A stretch of 64,000 nucleotides of DNA from an uncultured Gammaproteobacteria bacterium (GTDB taxonomy: Bacteria; Pseudomonadota; Gammaproteobacteria; JACCXJ01). The DNA is taken from NCBI GenBank assembly GCA_963764725.1, contig CAVXTM010000011.1, positions 192,001-256,000 on the forward strand. The letters run 5' to 3'. This document shows, piece by piece, positions 60,849-64,000 of this stretch. Numbering within the stretch: position 1 is the first letter of the stretch; each line of letters opens with the position of its first letter. The position numbers were made by a program, and so were the translations under genes. The notes beneath the pieces were generated by a model. It saw only the letters and a program-made list of their open reading frames with translations, made no database searches and was not told where the DNA came from.

Positions 60849-61358
60849 CTAAGCCAAGTCTAGCAGGTTCCGCGAGACCGTCGCAACAGTTTCCCGCCCC
60901 AACATCTTAAGCAGGATCATCACGCGCCCTTCTGCCGATTCACCCCATACGGTCGCCTGCAGATTAGCGAGCGGCCCCTTTTCAATCATCACGGTGTCGC
61001 CCCTCTGGAACGCCAGTCGCTTTTGGTTATGCAGACCGGTACGCGGATCGGCGGTGCTCTTTATAGAGTCAACAACTACGCCGGGAACAATAGCCGGCTC
61101 CTCTGTGAAACGCACGAAATTCTGTACACCGCTTGTATAGCGAACCGGCCCCATGTTGTCATAGCCGGGCCGGAGGCGTATGAACAGATAACGAGGGAAC
61201 AATGGCTCGATGATCTGTACCCAGCGTTCATATCGTCGGCGTTGTTGATAGATTAAAGGCAAATAGACTTCGTAGCCTTGGCGTTCGAGGTTTTCCTCGG
61301 CAACCGTTTCTTTTCTCGGTTTGGTGTGAACAAGGTACCAATTTTTTACGATATCCAT
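60849..61358 (-). CDS. rfaH: Transcription antitermination factor RfaH-like, copy 1 (head of cluster)
   Basis: WYLVHTKPRKE, NLERQGY, EPLFPRYLF, FVRF, KOW (RGDTVMIEKGP). Confidence 0.9.
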   Translation of the reverse strand: MDIVKNWYLVHTKPRKETVAEENLERQGYEVYLPLIYQQRRRYERWVQIIEPLFPRYLFIRLRPGYDNMGPVRYTSGVQNFVRFTEEPAIVPGVVVDSIKSTADPRTGLHNQKRLAFQRGDTVMIEKGPLANLQATVWGESAEGRVMILLKMLGRETVATVSRNLLDLA

Positions 61359-61771
61359 ATCTGCCGAATAGCGTTATCCAAAATACTACGGTCGCGTAGC
61401 TTGGCCGTATGCTAGGCAAGCGGTATACCATGTCATCTAACTGCGCGTACCAGTAAGGCACCGGGATATAAACGGCACTCGTTGGTCGGCGGGGAGTGGC
61501 AGTTTACTGTCGGACCATAACGACAGAATGCTTAATTTTTCCAAATTTCGCTCCTCGCGAGCGCTAACCCTTGCGTACCGTTGGATTTGGAACCTTCGAC
61601 GCGTTATCAGCACATTGTCGCGACTCGACAACGACTCCTAACGCGGTCACCTGTATATGAAAGGAGTAATTTCCGAGCCTCTAGGTTGCAAGCCTTGCCC
61701 CATCTCATGAGCCCAATTCCGCTGTCGCCGACTATGCGGGGGCATCACCGGGTTGTTGCTTCTGGCCGGGC

Positions 61772-62143
61772 TTGGCGTGCACACATGCCATTGCTCTTCG
61801 CTTGCTAGATCATGGACGGCGGCCCGAAGCTCGTCTGCTGCTGCGACACGGAAGTGACGGCTATGAGAGCGGCGGCGGTTGTGTCACGCACGCCGCGGGC
61901 ACGGCGGGAGGTTGTTGCGAGATTACACTGCCGCCCGCGGCGGATCTCGCGCCAATGACTCCTTTACCGCAGGGTCAGATCCTCACGCCGCTCGCCGCGG
62001 CGCAGATGCCGCCCATTGCGCCATCCGCGGCGATCTCTCCGCACCCGCATGACCGGTATCGGTGCCGGACTCGCGCTCGCCTAACGGCACTCTGGCTACC
62101 AGGCGTACAGACCTACCTCCACACAAACCGCTTCAGGACCTAA
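61772..62143 (+). pseudogene. Possible decayed small Cys-rich protein
   Basis: FAC*IMDGGPKLVCCCD in one frame, GGCV...GGCCEI...GVQTYLHTNRFRT in another; internal TAG and frameshift. Confidence 0.35.
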
Positions 62144-62517
62144 GACTCCTTCGTTGCTGACTTTGTCGGTGCGCGGCCGCGCTACTCAGGGTCGCGCGTC
62201 TACCAACCTGCTGAAGCAGGATGTGAAGTGGTCCACGATTTCTGTCGTTGGCCGGGTTCGCTGACCCTGGTCTTTTATGGCCTATCGCGGCCACTCCTGG
62301 GCGCGGTTGACGCGCCGTTTATCGGGCTCAGGGAAGCCTCCGCGGAGCAATTCGTGGCAGCGACCAGGACCAGTTGCGGTGTCCATCACCACGAAGGGCC
62401 CGGCATAAATCTGCCAGGAGAGGGTAGGGGAATCTCACCACTCGCGATCTTCCCCGGGGTTCGGGCATGTTATTCTCCGCAAGCTTAAAAACGTTAGCGC
62501 TCGGCGGAGGTGGCGGC

Positions 62518-62545
62518 GTCTCCGGTTCCGACTTGAACCGGAGAC
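62518..62545 (-). terminator. Strong hairpin after the small basic ORF (terminator-like, no U tract)
   Basis: GTCTCCGGTTC-6 nt loop-GAACCGGAGAC, 11 bp perfect stem. Confidence 0.45.
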
Positions 62546-62559
62546 ACCTGACTGGACTC

Positions 62560-62718
62560 TTATTTCTTAGATTTAGCGGAAGCGCGCTTGGCTGGAGCCT
62601 TTCTGCTGGCGGAGACCGGACGCTTGGCGCTTGTTGCGACCGCTTTCCTGCGGGCGGGGGCGGGTCGCTTGACCATCTTAGAAGCCGCCTTTGCCATCTT
62701 TTTCACTATCGTTGCCAT
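62560..62718 (-). CDS. 52 aa Lys/Ala/Arg-rich histone-H1-like small basic protein
   Basis: MATIVKKMAKAASKMVKRPAPARRKAVATSAKRPVSASRKAPAKRASAKSKK*; SD GGGAG upstream, hairpin downstream; below the ORF-track cutoff. Confidence 0.7.
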   Translation of the reverse strand: MATIVKKMAKAASKMVKRPAPARRKAVATSAKRPVSASRKAPAKRASAKSKK

Positions 62719-62931
62719 TGTCTATATATCACTCCCATGGACTCGTGTTAGGAATACCCCGCCGCGTAACCTGTGCGGCAGGCCCAAGTGCAGGAACAGG
62801 TCCCGCGTTTGCGTTCCCAATGGAAACGTGAATGGTTATCGTAGGTTACATCAATTTCTTGAATGCCGATGAAATAACAAGCGGTTAAGCTCGCTGAATC
62901 GGAGCGGGATCTTTCCATATCGCGCGTCGGA

Positions 62932-63678
62932 TCACGCGCTAGCTTCGTTGATCAAGAGGTCTTTTGCTTGATTGATCTTGGCGGCCAAATAGTCGGACCC
63001 GCCGCGGTCGGGGTGGAAGCGCAGAATAAGCCGCCGATGCGCGGCGATGACTTGAGCTTTGCTCGCCCCGGGCGCTAGGGCCAGGACCGCGTAGGCCTCC
63101 TCGGGTGTCATGGAAGCGCGGCCGGGCGGCGATTCGCGGCCAGCCTCGGCGTTCGCCGTGGTCTTCCATTCCTCGCCATAGACCCGCTCGAGGTAGCTTT
63201 GCAGTAACGCGGCCGAGTCCGCATCGTTGGCCCGGCAATGGTGGTAAATCTCCACGAGGTCCGCGAGGCTCAATGCGCTCAGCCTTGCGCCTGCGAAAGG
63301 GCCTGCCAAGACCTCGCCGTCGATTTCACCGCTACCGTGCTCCAGCCACATGCGCACGTAGTGGGCATCGACCGTCGATCGGCGGGCGTCGCCGCGAGCA
63401 CTACCTTGGGGGTGGATCTGCCGCCACAGGCGCTGTAATAGCGGGGCGAAGTGTAGCAAGGGGAGTAGCCGGATGGCCGCTGCCAGTAACGCGGCGAGTA
63501 GCGCCAACAGCCAATTCAGGTGCCCGGTGCCCGCCAAGAATAATAACACCACGGCCCCGAGGGCGAGGAGGACTTGCCGCAAATGCTGCGCGATGACCGC
63601 GGGCGGGGTGCGAAGAAACCAACGCCAACCGACAATCCCAACGAGGATCGCGACGAGCGCGAGGAGCACAAGACGCAC
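62932..63678 (-). CDS. Membrane protein with C-terminal DnaJ (J) domain
   Basis: N-terminal TMs; MTPEEAYAVL...HPDRGGSDYLAAKINQAKD. Confidence 0.9.
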   Translation of the reverse strand: MRLVLLALVAILVGIVGWRWFLRTPPAVIAQHLRQVLLALGAVVLLFLAGTGHLNWLLALLAALLAAAIRLLPLLHFAPLLQRLWRQIHPQGSARGDARRSTVDAHYVRMWLEHGSGEIDGEVLAGPFAGARLSALSLADLVEIYHHCRANDADSAALLQSYLERVYGEEWKTTANAEAGRESPPGRASMTPEEAYAVLALAPGASKAQVIAAHRRLILRFHPDRGGSDYLAAKINQAKDLLINEASA

Positions 63679-63683
63679 GGGCG

Positions 63684-64000
63684 CTAACCTTTGCGAACTT
63701 GGTGGGACAGTTGCAGGACGATGCCGCCGCGCTGCCGGCTAAAATCCTCCAGCGCGGCGCGCCCGCCGGCGGCATACACGGCGACGGCGCTCAGCAGGTC
63801 GCGCAGTTGCCGTGGACTGCTCGAGTCGAAACGGCAGTAGGCTCCGTTCGATAGGCGCGCGATATGCCGGAAGGCGCGCTCCGCGACCGGATCGTCGCCC
63901 TCTTGAAATACGAATGCGGGAATGCCGAGGATCCCCAGCTCTCCGGCGCGGTGGCACAGGCGGTCGCTGTCTTCCTCCATGCAATCGCCTACGAAGACCA
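63684..64000 (-). CDS. VWA-domain protein, C-terminal part (starts beyond the right edge)
   Basis: VFVGDCMEE, FVFQEG, IARLSNGAYCRFD, LLSAVAVYAAGG; this gene type commonly sits next to the J-domain gene. Confidence 0.75.
   Translation of the reverse strand, partial: VFVGDCMEEDSDRLCHRAGELGILGIPAFVFQEGDDPVAERAFRHIARLSNGAYCRFDSSSPRQLRDLLSAVAVYAAGGRAALEDFSRQRGGIVLQLSHQVRKG

Noticed and set aside
62518-62545. tRNA T-loop-like GGTTCAAGTC on the minus strand
   Set aside because: It is part of a simple hairpin; no acceptor, D or anticodon arms.
1-64000. CRISPR array, tRNA or rRNA genes
   Set aside because: No regularly spaced short repeats and no cloverleaf or rRNA signatures were seen.

Overview
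Proteobacterial (probably gammaproteobacterial) extracellular-matrix locus. The minus strand carries a ~43 kb Wzx/Wzy-type exopolysaccharide cluster (18.5-61.4 kb): rfaH + ops, two giant secreted modular proteins (2224 aa WD40/deacetylase-like/DUF4082; 1509 aa dimethylformamidase-beta-like/LamG/FN3/DUF4082), aminosugar biosynthesis genes, a priming sugar transferase, rmlACDB, a frameshifted wzx, a second rfaH + ops, glycosyl/methyl/amido-transferases, wzy and a beta-helix protein. The XrtA/PEP-CTERM-type export module (Wza, chain-length protein, tyrosine kinase, outer-membrane barrel) lies at 1-5139. Between them is a plus-strand island of FN3/PKD/LamG secreted-protein paralogues headed by a c-di-GMP-I riboswitch and riddled with IS elements (IS256, IS50-like, IS5, IS21, IS3). 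Most notable: (i) the priming phosphoglycosyltransferase carries an N-terminal degenerate GGDEF domain with an intact RxxD site, a candidate c-di-GMP-gated initiation step; (ii) the riboswitch has an RBS-sequestering hairpin; (iii) two rfaH genes are each followed ~100-115 nt downstream by an ops element; (iv) ~700-770 bp near-identical cassettes are shared between otherwise diverged matrix-protein paralogues; (v) an unexplained ~170 bp structured repeat. All family assignments come from reading motifs by eye; no database searches were run.
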